The notes under the pieces: model-generated
The model's input: the letters and a program-made list of their open reading frames with translations, nothing else
Told to the model about the DNA's origin: nothing
The model's database searches: none
Shown: positions 18,627 to 29,492 of the stretch, one piece after another
How positions within the stretch are numbered: position 1 is the first letter of the stretch
Layout: every line of letters begins with the position of its first letter
Program-made: the position numbers and the translations under genes
Assembly: GCA_963702845.1 (NCBI GenBank)
Contig: OY969763.1
Location: forward strand, 5,248,001 to 5,312,000
DNA from: an uncultured Verrucomicrobiae bacterium
GTDB lineage: Bacteria; Verrucomicrobiota; Verrucomicrobiia; Limisphaerales; Palsa-1400
DNA length: 64,000 nucleotides
Direction of reading: 5' to 3'

Positions 18627-20785
18627 ATGCGATTCCTGGCGACATTCGTCATCGCGCTCCTCTGCTGGACTGCCCAGGCAGCGGAGCAGAAGACGCTGAA
18701 CCTCACTTTCTGTTGTTCGCCTGAGAACGATTTGTATCAGGCGCTGCGCGCGGCTAAATGCCCGCGATACAGCACGCCAGCCGAAGCGATCGCCAATGCG
18801 CCTGAGCGGACCGGCGTTCTCATTCTCGCGGACCAATATCCCGAGCGCGCAACGACGCTGGAGCCAGCCGAATTTGACAAAGCGCAACGTAAACATCTGC
18901 GGGTCTACATCGAATTTCCAGCCTCACTGCCCGGCATGGAAGTGTCGCTACCGCGCGCGGCGACATGGGAGCGCGTCGTGGTCAATTCAGGAAATTTCGG
19001 AGACACCCTGCCGAAGATGCACATTCTCGCCATCAACGATTGTCACTTCGTCGCCGTCCTGCACCCGCCGACTGCCGATCTTGTGCTCGCGCGAGTCGCC
19101 GGGTTCGACACCGCCATTTACGGTCTGCCGCCACGCGCGGCGTATCCGATTCTTTTTTCGCTCCCCGAGAAAAGTATTTTCGTCGCGACGACAAAACTCA
19201 GCAGCTTCATCAGCGGCCGATTCGAGCCGTCGGCAGATTGGCGGCGCGTTTGGCTGAAGGTGTTGTCGTGGCTCGATCCCGAGACGCCTGCGCGTCTTGA
19301 TTACATGCCGGTCGTAACGCCTTCGTTCGGAAACAATGAAAAACTTCCAACGACATTCCAGCACGATGCGTTCAACCGGGCGGCGAATTGGTTCTCGCAT
19401 TCGCATCTGCTGATCGCGCCGGCGGAAGCGTCAAAGTTTGAGCTCGCCTTGAAAGTGGGAGTTGAAACGACCACGCCACCAGCAGCCGATGAACCCGAAG
19501 GCGATGGCTCGCTCGGAATGATGGAGGGCTACAGTTCGGGAATACGCTGGGATGGGCAGCAACCACGGCGATTGCCGATTCGCGCGGATTGCAACGCGGA
19601 AACCGCGATGTTGCTGGCGTTGGACGGAACGCTTAACGGTAACAAGCAATCGACAAAGATCGCCGACAACCTGCTCGATTACGTCTACTTCAATTCTGAC
19701 ATGTGCCAGGGCGTCCGCGCCGACCCGAAACATCCCGCGTTCGGTCTGATTGGCTGGGGTTCGACTGCACCGACCTGGCTCGTCGCCAATTACGGTGATG
19801 ACAACGCGCGCGCCATGCTGAGCACGATGGTGAGTTCATCGTTGATGCATTCAGATCGTTGGGACAAACCGCTCGTGCGCGCGTTGCTGGCGAATTTCGC
19901 ACCACTGGCAAGCTGGGCTTTCGTAGTGATCGCGTCGACGTGCCCGCGCTCGAACAGAGTGGTTGGGAACATTTTCACAATGCGGAAACAGTCAACTACT
20001 CGCCGCATTTCGAAGCATATTTGTGGGCGTGCAATCTGTGGGCCTATCGCGAAACGCATTACGCACCGTTTTTGGAGCGCACGACTAATGCAATCGCGAT
20101 GACGATGAAAGTTTATCCGGAGCAATGGCGTTGGCAGGACAACCTGGAACGAGCGCACATGCTCCTTTGCCTCGCTTGGCTCGTGCAGCTTGATAAGACG
20201 GCGCACATTTCCTCGGCTGCTGATGCAACGTTGCATCGGCAATGGCTCGATAAAATAACGCACGACTTATTGGCCGACCAACAACCGAACGGCGCGATTC
20301 GCGAACGACGCGGCCTGCACGGCGCGCCCGCCCAGGCGCCGCAGTCGAATGAGGAATATGGCACCGGTGAAACGCCGCTCATCCAACAAAATGGCGATCC
20401 TGTGAGCGACCAGCTTTACACAACCGGTTTCGCGCTGCTCGGTTTGCACGAAGCAGTCGGCGCGACGCACGATGCGGACTTTGCAACGCGCGGAAGATAA
20501 ACTGGCGGACGTTTCTTTGCCGCATCCAAACGCGGTCGAGTAAAATCGATTATTGCAACGGTATATGGTTTCGCGCCTTTGACGATCATCTCTGGGATTA
20601 TTGGGCCAGCTCGGCCGATATCGGCTGGGGCGCGTGGTCGATTGAAGCGGGTTGGGGACAGGCGTGGATTCCGACCGATGCTCGGTTTACGCGAGAAGCG
20701 GACGACGGTTTGGGACCTGACGCAACGCACGCACATCGCGAAGGAACTCGATACAACTTTACGCGAGATGCGATTGTCGGAATAA
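18627..20785 (+). CDS. Secreted hypothetical protein, possibly (alpha/alpha)6 glycosidase-like; several frameshifts
   Basis: Signal peptide. Joining frames near 19897, 20480, 20512 and 20677 gives a continuous product: ...RADCNAET...YGDDNAR...FRTTGKLGFR...YGTGETPLIQQNGDPVSDQLYT...WFRAFDDHLWDYWASSADIGWGAWSIEAGWGQAWI... Confidence 0.7.
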
Positions 20786-20838
20786 CGTTTGTTGTTCCGG
20801 CTTTTGACACACGAAAGTTTCCTGCCACACTACAGGCT

Positions 20839-23464
20839 ATGTACGCCAAATCGGTTTTGTTCGGCCTGTTGCTTGCGGTTTGCGCGCGAGCGGATGATGG
20901 ACAACTTCGTTGTTTCAATTTTCCAGGAAAATCACCGGAGAAATGGTCCGGCACGCGACATTATGCGCGCGACCGTGACGTCGCGGTGAGCCACCTCGCT
21001 TTGGACTTAACGCCCGATTTTAAACAGCGCACGATTTCAGGTTCGGCGGTAATCACGTTCAAACCGATCGCCAAGGAGCTGGAGAGTTGTCTCTCGATGC
21101 GGTCGATTTGACTATTGATGCGGTGGACTCGACTGCGGCGATCGCGAATTTTCAGGTCACTGACGAGAAAATCGTTATCACATTCAAAGACCCAATTCCT
21201 GCCGACAAAGAGACGAGCGTGACGGTCCGTTATCACGCACAGCCCGAGAAAGGCGTCTATTTCCGCACGCCAGAACTGGGTTACAAAGCCGGTGACGAAC
21301 ATATCTTCACCCAGGGCGAGGCGAGCGAATCGCGCTATTGGTTCCCGTCCTATGATTATCCCAACCAGAAAGTTCACGACCGAGGTCACTTGTCATGTGC
21401 CGGAAGGAATGACCGCGTTGTCGAACGGTAAATTCGTTCGGACAAGAAAAAGATGCGCAGGGGCTCAACGCCTTTCACTGGTCGCAAGAGAAGCCGCAGG
21501 CGAACTATCTGATGTCGCTCATCGCCGGTAATTTCAAAAACATCCGGGCCGGATACCATGACCTCCCGGTCGCGTTTTATACGCCTCCGTCACAAATCGC
21601 CGAGGCGCCCGATTCGTTCACAAACACGGTGGACATGCTCGAGTTCTATGAGAAGGAAATCGGCATTCCTTATCCGTGGGCTAAGTATTACCAGGTGGTG
21701 GTCGATGATTTCGGAGCAGGCGGCATGGAAAATACCAGCATCACAACACTGACAGACCGCACGTTGCATCGGCCGCAAGAAACAGAAAACATTCGCACGA
21801 GCGAAGGCCTGGTCAGTCACGAGCTGGCGCATCAATGGTTCGGCGATCTGGTCACGTGCAAGGATTGGAGTCACCTCTGGTTGAACGAAGGGTTTGCGTC
21901 GTTTTACGCGTTGCTCTACGCAGAACACCTGCACGGCCACGACGATTATGTCTACGGCTTCTTCAACACCAGTCACGCCATTCTCGCCCACACCAATGAC
22001 ACCACGCCGATCGTGACGCGGAAGTTCGATAACCCGGATGACTTGTTCAATTACCTGCCCTACGAGAAAGGGTCGTTCGTGCTGCAGATGCTGCGCGCTG
22101 ATTTGGGACCAGAACTTTATCGCAAGTGCATTAACACCTATTTAAAGCGCCATGAATTCGGAAACGTCGTCACTGACGATCTGAACAAAGTAATCGACGA
22201 ACTCTCCGGCCGCTCTTACGACAAGTTCTTCGATCAGTGGGTTTATCACGCGCACGAACCGGAACTGACGGTGGAATATTCATGGGATGAGAAATCGAAA
22301 CTCGCGAAGGTTTCGGTGAAACAAACGCAAAAGCTGAGCGACGACGTGTTGCTGTTCGAGTCACCGCTCAACATTGTTTTCACAGGAACATTCGGGCGTA
22401 TCGAGAAAACAGTGAACTTCAGCAAAGCCGAAGAGGATTTCTTTTTCGCGCTGCCACAGGCCCCGAAACTGGTCTTGCTCAATCCTGAGTTCGACCTGCT
22501 CGCCAAAATTGAGTTTGCCAACCAACCGTCGTCGATGGTGCTGGCACAACTTGAAGACAAGTCCGTTGGCGCGCGGCTGCAGGCGACGGATTTGCTCAAG
22601 GATAAAAAGGATCAGGCGACGATTGACGCACTGAAACGCGCGCTCAACCACGATGAGTTTTACGGTGTGCGCGTGCAGGCGGCCAAGGCGCTGCAATCTA
22701 TTCACACGGACGAAAGCCTCGAGGCTTTGCTGGGTTCGTTAAAACAATCCGATGCCCGGGTGCGCCAGGCTGTCGTCGCGGCCATCGCTGCATTCTACAA
22801 TGGCAAAGCTTTTGACGCGGCGCGTTCGATTCTTACCACCGAAAAGAACACCGACATCATTGGCTCCGATGCGCAGGGACTCGGGCTTTATCATAAACCT
22901 GAAATTCACAACGCCCTGCTGCAACTACTTGGGCGGCCTTCGTTCCGCTTCTCCATATCGGACGCGGCGATTCGCGCCATGCGTGCCCAGGATGATCCCG
23001 CTTACATCACGCCCGTCCGGGCCTTTGTCGAACAACACGTCAAAGACATGCAGACGCGAAGCATCGCCAGTGCTTTGGAAACGATCGGTTATCTTGCGCG
23101 CAACGAGACGAACAGAGATGAGGTTCGGGAGTTTTTGCTCACTTATATCAACGACAAAAAACGCGGCGTCCAACTGGGAGCCATTCGTGCCTTGGGATTG
23201 CTTGAAGATCCCAAAGCGATTGCAGCATTGGAGACCTTTGCGAATTCGTCCAAAGATACGGAGCAACAACCGGTCGCCGAAAAAGCGATTGCTGACATCC
23301 GCGCGGCGCGCAAGCCGACTGATAATCTGAAGGATCTTCGAACCGAAGTACTCGATCTGCAAAAGGAATCGCACGATTTGCGCAAAGAACTCGAGGACAT
23401 GCAGAAGAAATCGGAGACGAAAAAGGCGCCGAAGACACAAAGTTCGCCGAAGCGAAAGAGTTGA
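20839..23464 (+). CDS. M1 family aminopeptidase with HEAT repeats; frameshifted 5' part
   Basis: GGMEN and HELAHQWFGDLVT...WLNEGFA (HExxH-x18-E), YEKGS, HEAT repeats and a C-terminal coiled coil. N-terminal pieces lie in different frames (junctions near 21087, 21370, 21440). Confidence 0.9.
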
Positions 23465-25168
23465 TTACCACGGGTGTCGGATCCGGTAGTAGATGAAGAA
23501 ACCGTAGATCGAGAGAACGATTCCGACAAAGATCAGCCACCACAAACGCCAATCCTTGAGACCGCGATACCGCTCGCGCTCGTCAGGCGGGAGTTGCAGG
23601 TATGACCGGTTCCAGATGATGCCTTTCGTTTTTGCCTCAGGCGGCGGAGACGTCAGCAGCGAAACAACAATCATCACCGCCATGCACAACAGCCATGCAG
23701 CGAGCGCGCGGTGATTGAAGGTGTTGTAGTCGTCGTTCAAATTGAACGGCCATTTGTGCGCACCCAGCAGTTCGAATTGTTTCAGTGCCCAACTCCAGAC
23801 GAACCCGGCGACAATCGTCGCAACAGCCCCCGCGCCGTTCGCGCGTTTCCATAGAATGCCCATCGTGAAAATCACCGCGAACGGTGGCGCGATAAAGAAA
23901 AACACCGTCTGCATTTTTTCGAACAACGTCGTGTCGGTTTGCTGCGTGAACCCGATCGCGATCCAAACGCTGGCAATCAAAATGAACACCCCACTCCAGC
24001 GTCCGATAAACACCTGATGGCGTTCGGTCGCGTTTTTATTGATGAGCTTTTTGTAGAGGTCGAGCGTGACGATGGTCGAAGCGGAGTTCAACACCGTCGC
24101 GACGTGCCCCATCAAGGCGGCGGCCATACCCGCGAGCAACAAACCTTTGAGGCCGCTTGGAATCAGTTCCTTTACCAGCACGAGATAGGCCTGGTCGGGA
24201 TTGGCCAGCTTTGGAAACATTTTGAATGCAATGATGCCGGGGACGATAAAGAAAAACGGCATGATGATGTGCAGAAATCCGGCGCACACCACGCCGACGC
24301 GCGCGTTCCATTCGTCCTTGGCCGCCAGAACGCGTTGCACCATGTGCTGGCTAGTGCAGCTATACCAAATGCCGACGGAGAGAAATCCGGTGAAGACGCC
24401 GGTGACTGGAAACGGATGGTTCGTCGGCGGTTTGAACACTTGAAAATGTTCGTTGTGGTCGTGGATGAATTGGCCAATGTCGCTGACGTGCCGGAGCGCG
24501 AGAATCGGCACAAGAACGCCCGCCACCAACAAAATAATCATCTGCAACAGGTCGGTCCATGCGGCTGATTTGAGTCCACCATAAATGGTGTAAAGGCCGG
24601 TCGTGCCCGCAAAAAAGATGATATAGATGATCGCCGGCATTCGTTGGACATGCGGAAACCACTGCGTCAAATCTGGCAAGTGCCTGGCGAGATCGTCGCC
24701 AAAGAAACTGTCGAGCATGATCCCGCCCGAGTAAAGCGCCCCGGCGTTTATTGCGGTGATGAAGCCGACGATCGAGGCAACAGCGAAAATGTAGCGACAG
24801 GCTGGATTATAACGGCGCTCCAGAAATTCGGGCATCGTGCAGACGCCCGTGCGCACGTAATAGGGCAGGAACACCAGGATGAGCAGGCTGTAGATAATCC
24901 ACGCGTTCCAATCGCCGGCGGCGAGCACGATGCCGTATTGATAAGCGCCGCCGACGTTCGAAATAAATTGTTCGCTGCTGATGTCGGCGGCAACCATGGA
25001 CGCGCCGACGACAAACCATGGAATTGTTTTATTCCCAAGAAAGTAACTTTGCGTCGTGCTCGAACCTTTTCGTGCAACCCAAAGCCCGAGCGAGACGCTG
25101 CCGACCATGTAAAGAACGAAGACCGCAAGGTCGAGGTAGTTCAATGAGACGTGACTGGGCATGGGCAC
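23465..25168 (-). CDS. Sodium:solute symporter (SSS/SLC5), likely sugar
   Basis: Many TM helices; YFLGNKTIPW, TMPEFLERRY, YTIYGGLKSAAWTD, QHMVQRVLAAK, LNSASTIVTLDLYK. Confidence 0.93.
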   Translation of the reverse strand: MPMPSHVSLNYLDLAVFVLYMVGSVSLGLWVARKGSSTTQSYFLGNKTIPWFVVGASMVAADISSEQFISNVGGAYQYGIVLAAGDWNAWIIYSLLILVFLPYYVRTGVCTMPEFLERRYNPACRYIFAVASIVGFITAINAGALYSGGIMLDSFFGDDLARHLPDLTQWFPHVQRMPAIIYIIFFAGTTGLYTIYGGLKSAAWTDLLQMIILLVAGVLVPILALRHVSDIGQFIHDHNEHFQVFKPPTNHPFPVTGVFTGFLSVGIWYSCTSQHMVQRVLAAKDEWNARVGVVCAGFLHIIMPFFFIVPGIIAFKMFPKLANPDQAYLVLVKELIPSGLKGLLLAGMAAALMGHVATVLNSASTIVTLDLYKKLINKNATERHQVFIGRWSGVFILIASVWIAIGFTQQTDTTLFEKMQTVFFFIAPPFAVIFTMGILWKRANGAGAVATIVAGFVWSWALKQFELLGAHKWPFNLNDDYNTFNHRALAAWLLCMAVMIVVSLLTSPPPEAKTKGIIWNRSYLQLPPDERERYRGLKDWRLWWLIFVGIVLSIYGFFIYYRIRHPW

Positions 25169-25220
25169 TGGCTGTGACCAATGCTGGCTACGAACGAATT
25201 TTCAGCAAGTAAAAACGCGA

Positions 25221-28200
25221 TTATGGCCCGAGCAAAGCGCGATAGCCGCGCATCAAGTTAGTTGCCGTCGGGTCAACAATTATGACGTCGGAAGCGCTCG
25301 GATTGGTTATGACAAAAGACGTCCAATTCGTCAGCGTGGTCGAATATTGCAACGTGTAGTTCTGGCCGACTGAACCGTTCAAGTGCAATTGAAACTGCGA
25401 CGGATTAAGTCGGAACGGCTGCGCGAGAAGCGGAAGCGGATTGATGATAATCTGCAGCAGCCGGCTCGTTTGCCCGCCATTGTTATCATTCACTTGAGCA
25501 TGGAAGGCGAATGTTCCTGTGACCGAGGACGTGCCGGAAATGAGACCTGAACTACTCAGCGTCAGATTCGCGGGTAGCGGAGCGGAACCCAATTCTATCG
25601 ACCACGAATAGGGTGGCTGGCCGCCGGTCGCCGCGAGATTGTTGCTGTAGTAGGCGGCCTTGTTTCCGTTTGGCAAACTCGCTGTCACGATTTGGAGAAT
25701 CGGCGTGACAACGGTTATTGAAAGAAGCTGTGAGTTAGTGCTGTTGCTGTTGTCGACAACCTGGACGTGGAAATAATTGGTTCCGCCATTAGCCGTGCAG
25801 GTTCCCGACAATACGCCGTTCGTCCCTAATACAATGCCAGTTGGCGGCAGTGCCGATCCATTTTCGATCGACCACCGATAGGGCGGTGTTCCGCCAGATG
25901 CAGTTACAGAACTATTGTAGGCAGCATTCTGCGTGGCGTTTGGCAAACTGAAGGTCGTGATCTGGAGCGGGCTGGCGGCGGCGTTAATTGTAACCGACAC
26001 GTTGGTCGTCGTCGTATTCAGGTTTTGATCCTGTATCTGCACCGTGAAATTGAAGGTGCCGTTAACAGTTGGCGTGCCGGATAATTCACCATTTCCACCC
26101 AAGCTTAAGCCATTCGGGACGGTGCCGCTTTGGTAAAACCAGTTAAATGGCGTATAGCAACCGCTGCCGTCCAGGAACGCATCGTAAAACACTCCACTGG
26201 TTCCACTGGGCAAATTTGTCGTGTTGATTTGAAGGTTGCAGGGTTGGACGAGGTAATTAATAACCGGATTATTGTTGGCGACATTGACGACCGCGCTGTT
26301 GTTAGTCGGACAACTCAGCGACGAAGAGTTCAGGCCGTTGCAATCAGCATTGACCGTCCAGCTTCCGTTGCAGACCGGCAAAACAATTTTCCCTGTCCCA
26401 TCGGTGTACTGACCGCCGGTATAGTAATTCGTTCCGTTGACCGTGCAACCCGCATCAATGTTGATGCCGCCGACGCCAGTGTGAGAACTCGCGTTGGTGA
26501 TCGAAGCAGTCAGCGTCCCCGTAAGCGGGAGACACACGAGATTGAGATTACTGATGTCGACTCCAGCCGTAACGTTGATTTGCAAAATTGGCCCAATCAG
26601 ACCGCGACTCGCAATTCCAGATGAGCTGGTATCGAGTTGAACGTTATAACTACCACCTGAAACGCCCAATGTATAATTGCCACCGGAATCCGTTTGCGCA
26701 CCGTTGCCGCCTCCACCGTTGGCATTTGCGAAGAGGTTGATGTTGCTGACAGGATTGCCGAGATTGTCGGTGACTTTTCCCGACACCACCGTGCTGCGCT
26801 GCACCGTGAAATTCACCGTTTTATTATTGTTCGCAACCGTGGTCTGTTGATCGTTCGGGCATTGATAAATCGAAGGCAAGCCGTTGTCGCATCCGCCATC
26901 ACAACAATTGACGACCACATCCCAGGTCCCGCTGGCGGCGTTGATGCTATAAAATCCGTTCGCATCCGTAGTCGCTTGCGCGTAGTAATTCGTCCCGTTG
27001 ATCGGCGCGCTCGCGTTGATTTGCACTCCCGAAATCGGATTACTGCTGTTGTCACGGAGAAAGCCGCTGATGGTGTTCGTCGCGAGCAGTCCGGTAAATT
27101 TCTGTTTGATCGCAGTCCCGGCACTCAGCGTTAATCCGCTGCCACCATTGTTGTAAGCATAAGGCGGGACGGAAAAAATGTAGTTGGTGTACTGGGGCGG
27201 GCATGAGCCGAGGTCCACTTCAACATCCCAATTTCCCGCCATCAATGCCATGGAGTAATTGCCGTTAGAATCCGTTGTGGCGTCGCCCTGATAAAGTCCG
27301 CCACCGCCATTGCCATTTTGCGTCGAGAGCCGGACGCCAGCCAAAGGATTGTTGTTATTGTCCACAATTCTTCCAAACACCATCGCCTCGGCATGGGGGT
27401 AACTTATATTGAAGTTTGTGACATTATTTGTGACGACGATTTTAACGTTGTCGTTCGGCCTCAAGTAGCCGGCAAAATCCAAGCTGCTGTTGTCGTTTTG
27501 TATCTTCCATTGATTATCCACAAGGACGGGCACACTGTAATTACCATTCGTATCCGTGGAACTGATACCGATGCCGTTTCCTTCCGCGATGGTCAACATT
27601 CCTGGCAAGGGCAGGCTGCTGTTCGTGGAGTCGGTGACTCTTCCCGAAACGAAATTTGTAGTGAACAGCAGGGACAGGTTTGTGACTACAGAGGTGCCAG
27701 TGGTCACCGTCAAAGGCCCCGCTGGAACGCCCATGAAATTGGTCTTGAAAGCGACCACCTGGTAAGTGCCCGGCGGAACGTTGATGGAGTAACTTCCCGC
27801 GCTATTCGCAACTGCTCCGGTAAAGGGATTGAAATCACCTTGTTGTCCTTGGGAATAGCCGAACAAAATAGCTGCATACGGGACAGCCGTCGAGTTGCTG
27901 ACCACCGTTCCAGAGATGGTTTGGCCGTAATTGGCGTTCGTGACGGTGAAGGCGTTGGTCACCGCGGTAAAATGATTGCTCGGGCTGGAAAACACGTAGA
28001 AAAATTTTCCCACAAACGTATGCGATATTCCCGCCGTGATCATGCTCAACGGAATGGATATAGCGCCTTGCGTAGCATTTGTGTCGAAGGGGATGTTGAT
28101 GTTCGTTTGGCCTCCGATCAGGGTTGGCCCAGCTTGATCTGTGACTTGAAACTGCTGCACAAAAAAATCTGAGCTGTCCACGACACCGTTGGTATTCAGA

Positions 28201-28394
28201 TCCAAATATTTGCGAACGACAATTGTCTCATTGGTGAACAATCCGGTGCCGGCAACGGCGATAAAACCCGTGTAGGTGTTGCTGGTCGTGCTTGGCGTGA
28301 CGGTAAACGCCGGCGCGCTCCAGGCGGAGTTAGCCGCGAACAGAATGCCGAGAACCGAGCAGAGTGATAATAGCAATAGAGCAGTACGCTTCAT
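25221..28394 (-). CDS. Large secreted surface protein: about 6 carboxypeptidase-regulatory-like repeats, 3 putative Ig (He_PIG) repeats and a C-terminal sorting-like domain
   Basis: Signal peptide from ATG 28394. Repeats begin ISGTVV, VSGRVTD, VFGRIVD, ISGFLRD, VSGKVTD, LTASITN. Ig repeats follow LQI..xLP..Y...ASGGxPPYxW. Confidence 0.85.
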   Translation of the reverse strand: MKRTALLLLSLCSVLGILFAANSAWSAPAFTVTPSTTSNTYTGFIAVAGTGLFTNETIVVRKYLDLNTNGVVDSSDFFVQQFQVTDQAGPTLIGGQTNINIPFDTNATQGAISIPLSMITAGISHTFVGKFFYVFSSPSNHFTAVTNAFTVTNANYGQTISGTVVSNSTAVPYAAILFGYSQGQQGDFNPFTGAVANSAGSYSINVPPGTYQVVAFKTNFMGVPAGPLTVTTGTSVVTNLSLLFTTNFVSGRVTDSTNSSLPLPGMLTIAEGNGIGISSTDTNGNYSVPVLVDNQWKIQNDNSSLDFAGYLRPNDNVKIVVTNNVTNFNISYPHAEAMVFGRIVDNNNNPLAGVRLSTQNGNGGGGLYQGDATTDSNGNYSMALMAGNWDVEVDLGSCPPQYTNYIFSVPPYAYNNGGSGLTLSAGTAIKQKFTGLLATNTISGFLRDNSSNPISGVQINASAPINGTNYYAQATTDANGFYSINAASGTWDVVVNCCDGGCDNGLPSIYQCPNDQQTTVANNNKTVNFTVQRSTVVSGKVTDNLGNPVSNINLFANANGGGGNGAQTDSGGNYTLGVSGGSYNVQLDTSSSGIASRGLIGPILQINVTAGVDISNLNLVCLPLTGTLTASITNASSHTGVGGINIDAGCTVNGTNYYTGGQYTDGTGKIVLPVCNGSWTVNADCNGLNSSSLSCPTNNSAVVNVANNNPVINYLVQPCNLQINTTNLPSGTSGVFYDAFLDGSGCYTPFNWFYQSGTVPNGLSLGGNGELSGTPTVNGTFNFTVQIQDQNLNTTTTNVSVTINAAASPLQITTFSLPNATQNAAYNSSVTASGGTPPYRWSIENGSALPPTGIVLGTNGVLSGTCTANGGTNYFHVQVVDNSNSTNSQLLSITVVTPILQIVTASLPNGNKAAYYSNNLAATGGQPPYSWSIELGSAPLPANLTLSSSGLISGTSSVTGTFAFHAQVNDNNGGQTSRLLQIIINPLPLLAQPFRLNPSQFQLHLNGSVGQNYTLQYSTTLTNWTSFVITNPSASDVIIVDPTATNLMRGYRALLGP

Positions 28395-28586
28395 AACAAA
28401 CGTTCCTTTGGTTGACACTCGTGGACGTATTGAGTGAAACACCTTGGTTACACCCTGTCGATACCTATATATCTGTTGCCTTGCGCGCGACGAGTGCCGC
28501 GTCCGGCGTGCGCTCTAATCCGCCAAAACTTGTTGAATTTTTTCCGGTAATTGACAGAATGTCCCCGTTATCTCCCAACGCCACTT

Positions 28587-29378
28587 ATGAACGAAAACTC
28601 TCATTCTGCAAAAAAACAGGCCACTGGTTCGACCGGCGGCTCGACCTCTAAAAACACGTTGATCTTAGGCGCACTCGGTGTCGTCGGCCTTGTCATCGCC
28701 ATCGCTGTCTTCAACTCCGGTTCACCACCGCGCAATGGCACAAATGGGAACGCGCCGACAACCGGTGCGCAACCATCCGGGCCGTCCGGTTCAGAACCCG
28801 ACGCGCACAAACCACCGTTGCTCGGGGCCATCCATCCAGACGGCCCGGCAGAGATGACTGGAGCGACACCCAAGAAAATTGTCGATGATGTCGTCACCGT
28901 CGCCAGTTTGACTAATGAAGTTACGGCAGCGGATGCCAAGAAGTTTCATGACGGACTTGACGAACTGGTCCGCAAGGGCTCCGCGTCCGTTCCGGCCATT
29001 CAGGACTACCTGGATAAAAATCTCGATTCCAATTACGGTGACGTCAAAGGGGCCGAGGAGCTTGGTTATTCATCCGTCCGGCACGCACTGCTCGATACCC
29101 TGAAACAAATCGGCGGCCCGGAATCGGAAGGTGCGATGGTGCACGTTTTGCAAACAACGGCTGAGCCAAACGAAGTTGGCGAGCTCGCCAAAGACCTCGA
29201 AGCGCAAGCTCCCGGTCAGTATCGCGACCAAATTCTGCAGGCGGCGCGCGAAGCGCTCGACATGGCTTACAACGGTCAATCGGGCTCTAACGTCGAGCGC
29301 GGTCCACTGTTCCGCGTGTTCCAGAATTACAACGCGTCTTACTCTCCGCCCAACGCTCCACAACAGACAACACAGTAA
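28587..29378 (+). CDS. Membrane-anchored helical-repeat (HEAT-like) hypothetical protein
   Basis: One TM (LILGALGVVGLVIAIAVF), a Pro/Gly linker, then a helical domain (SVPAIQDYL, LKQIGGPESE). Confidence 0.7.
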   Translation: MNENSHSAKKQATGSTGGSTSKNTLILGALGVVGLVIAIAVFNSGSPPRNGTNGNAPTTGAQPSGPSGSEPDAHKPPLLGAIHPDGPAEMTGATPKKIVDDVVTVASLTNEVTAADAKKFHDGLDELVRKGSASVPAIQDYLDKNLDSNYGDVKGAEELGYSSVRHALLDTLKQIGGPESEGAMVHVLQTTAEPNEVGELAKDLEAQAPGQYRDQILQAAREALDMAYNGQSGSNVERGPLFRVFQNYNASYSPPNAPQQTTQ

Positions 29379-29492
29379 TCAAACGCGTCCAGAGCGCGTG
29401 ACCTCGCTCACGCGGCAGGTGATACAAACCTGATTGCCGAATTGGGTCACGTCTCAAACCTTAACAGTCGCAACGCGCGTATCGCGAATAAC

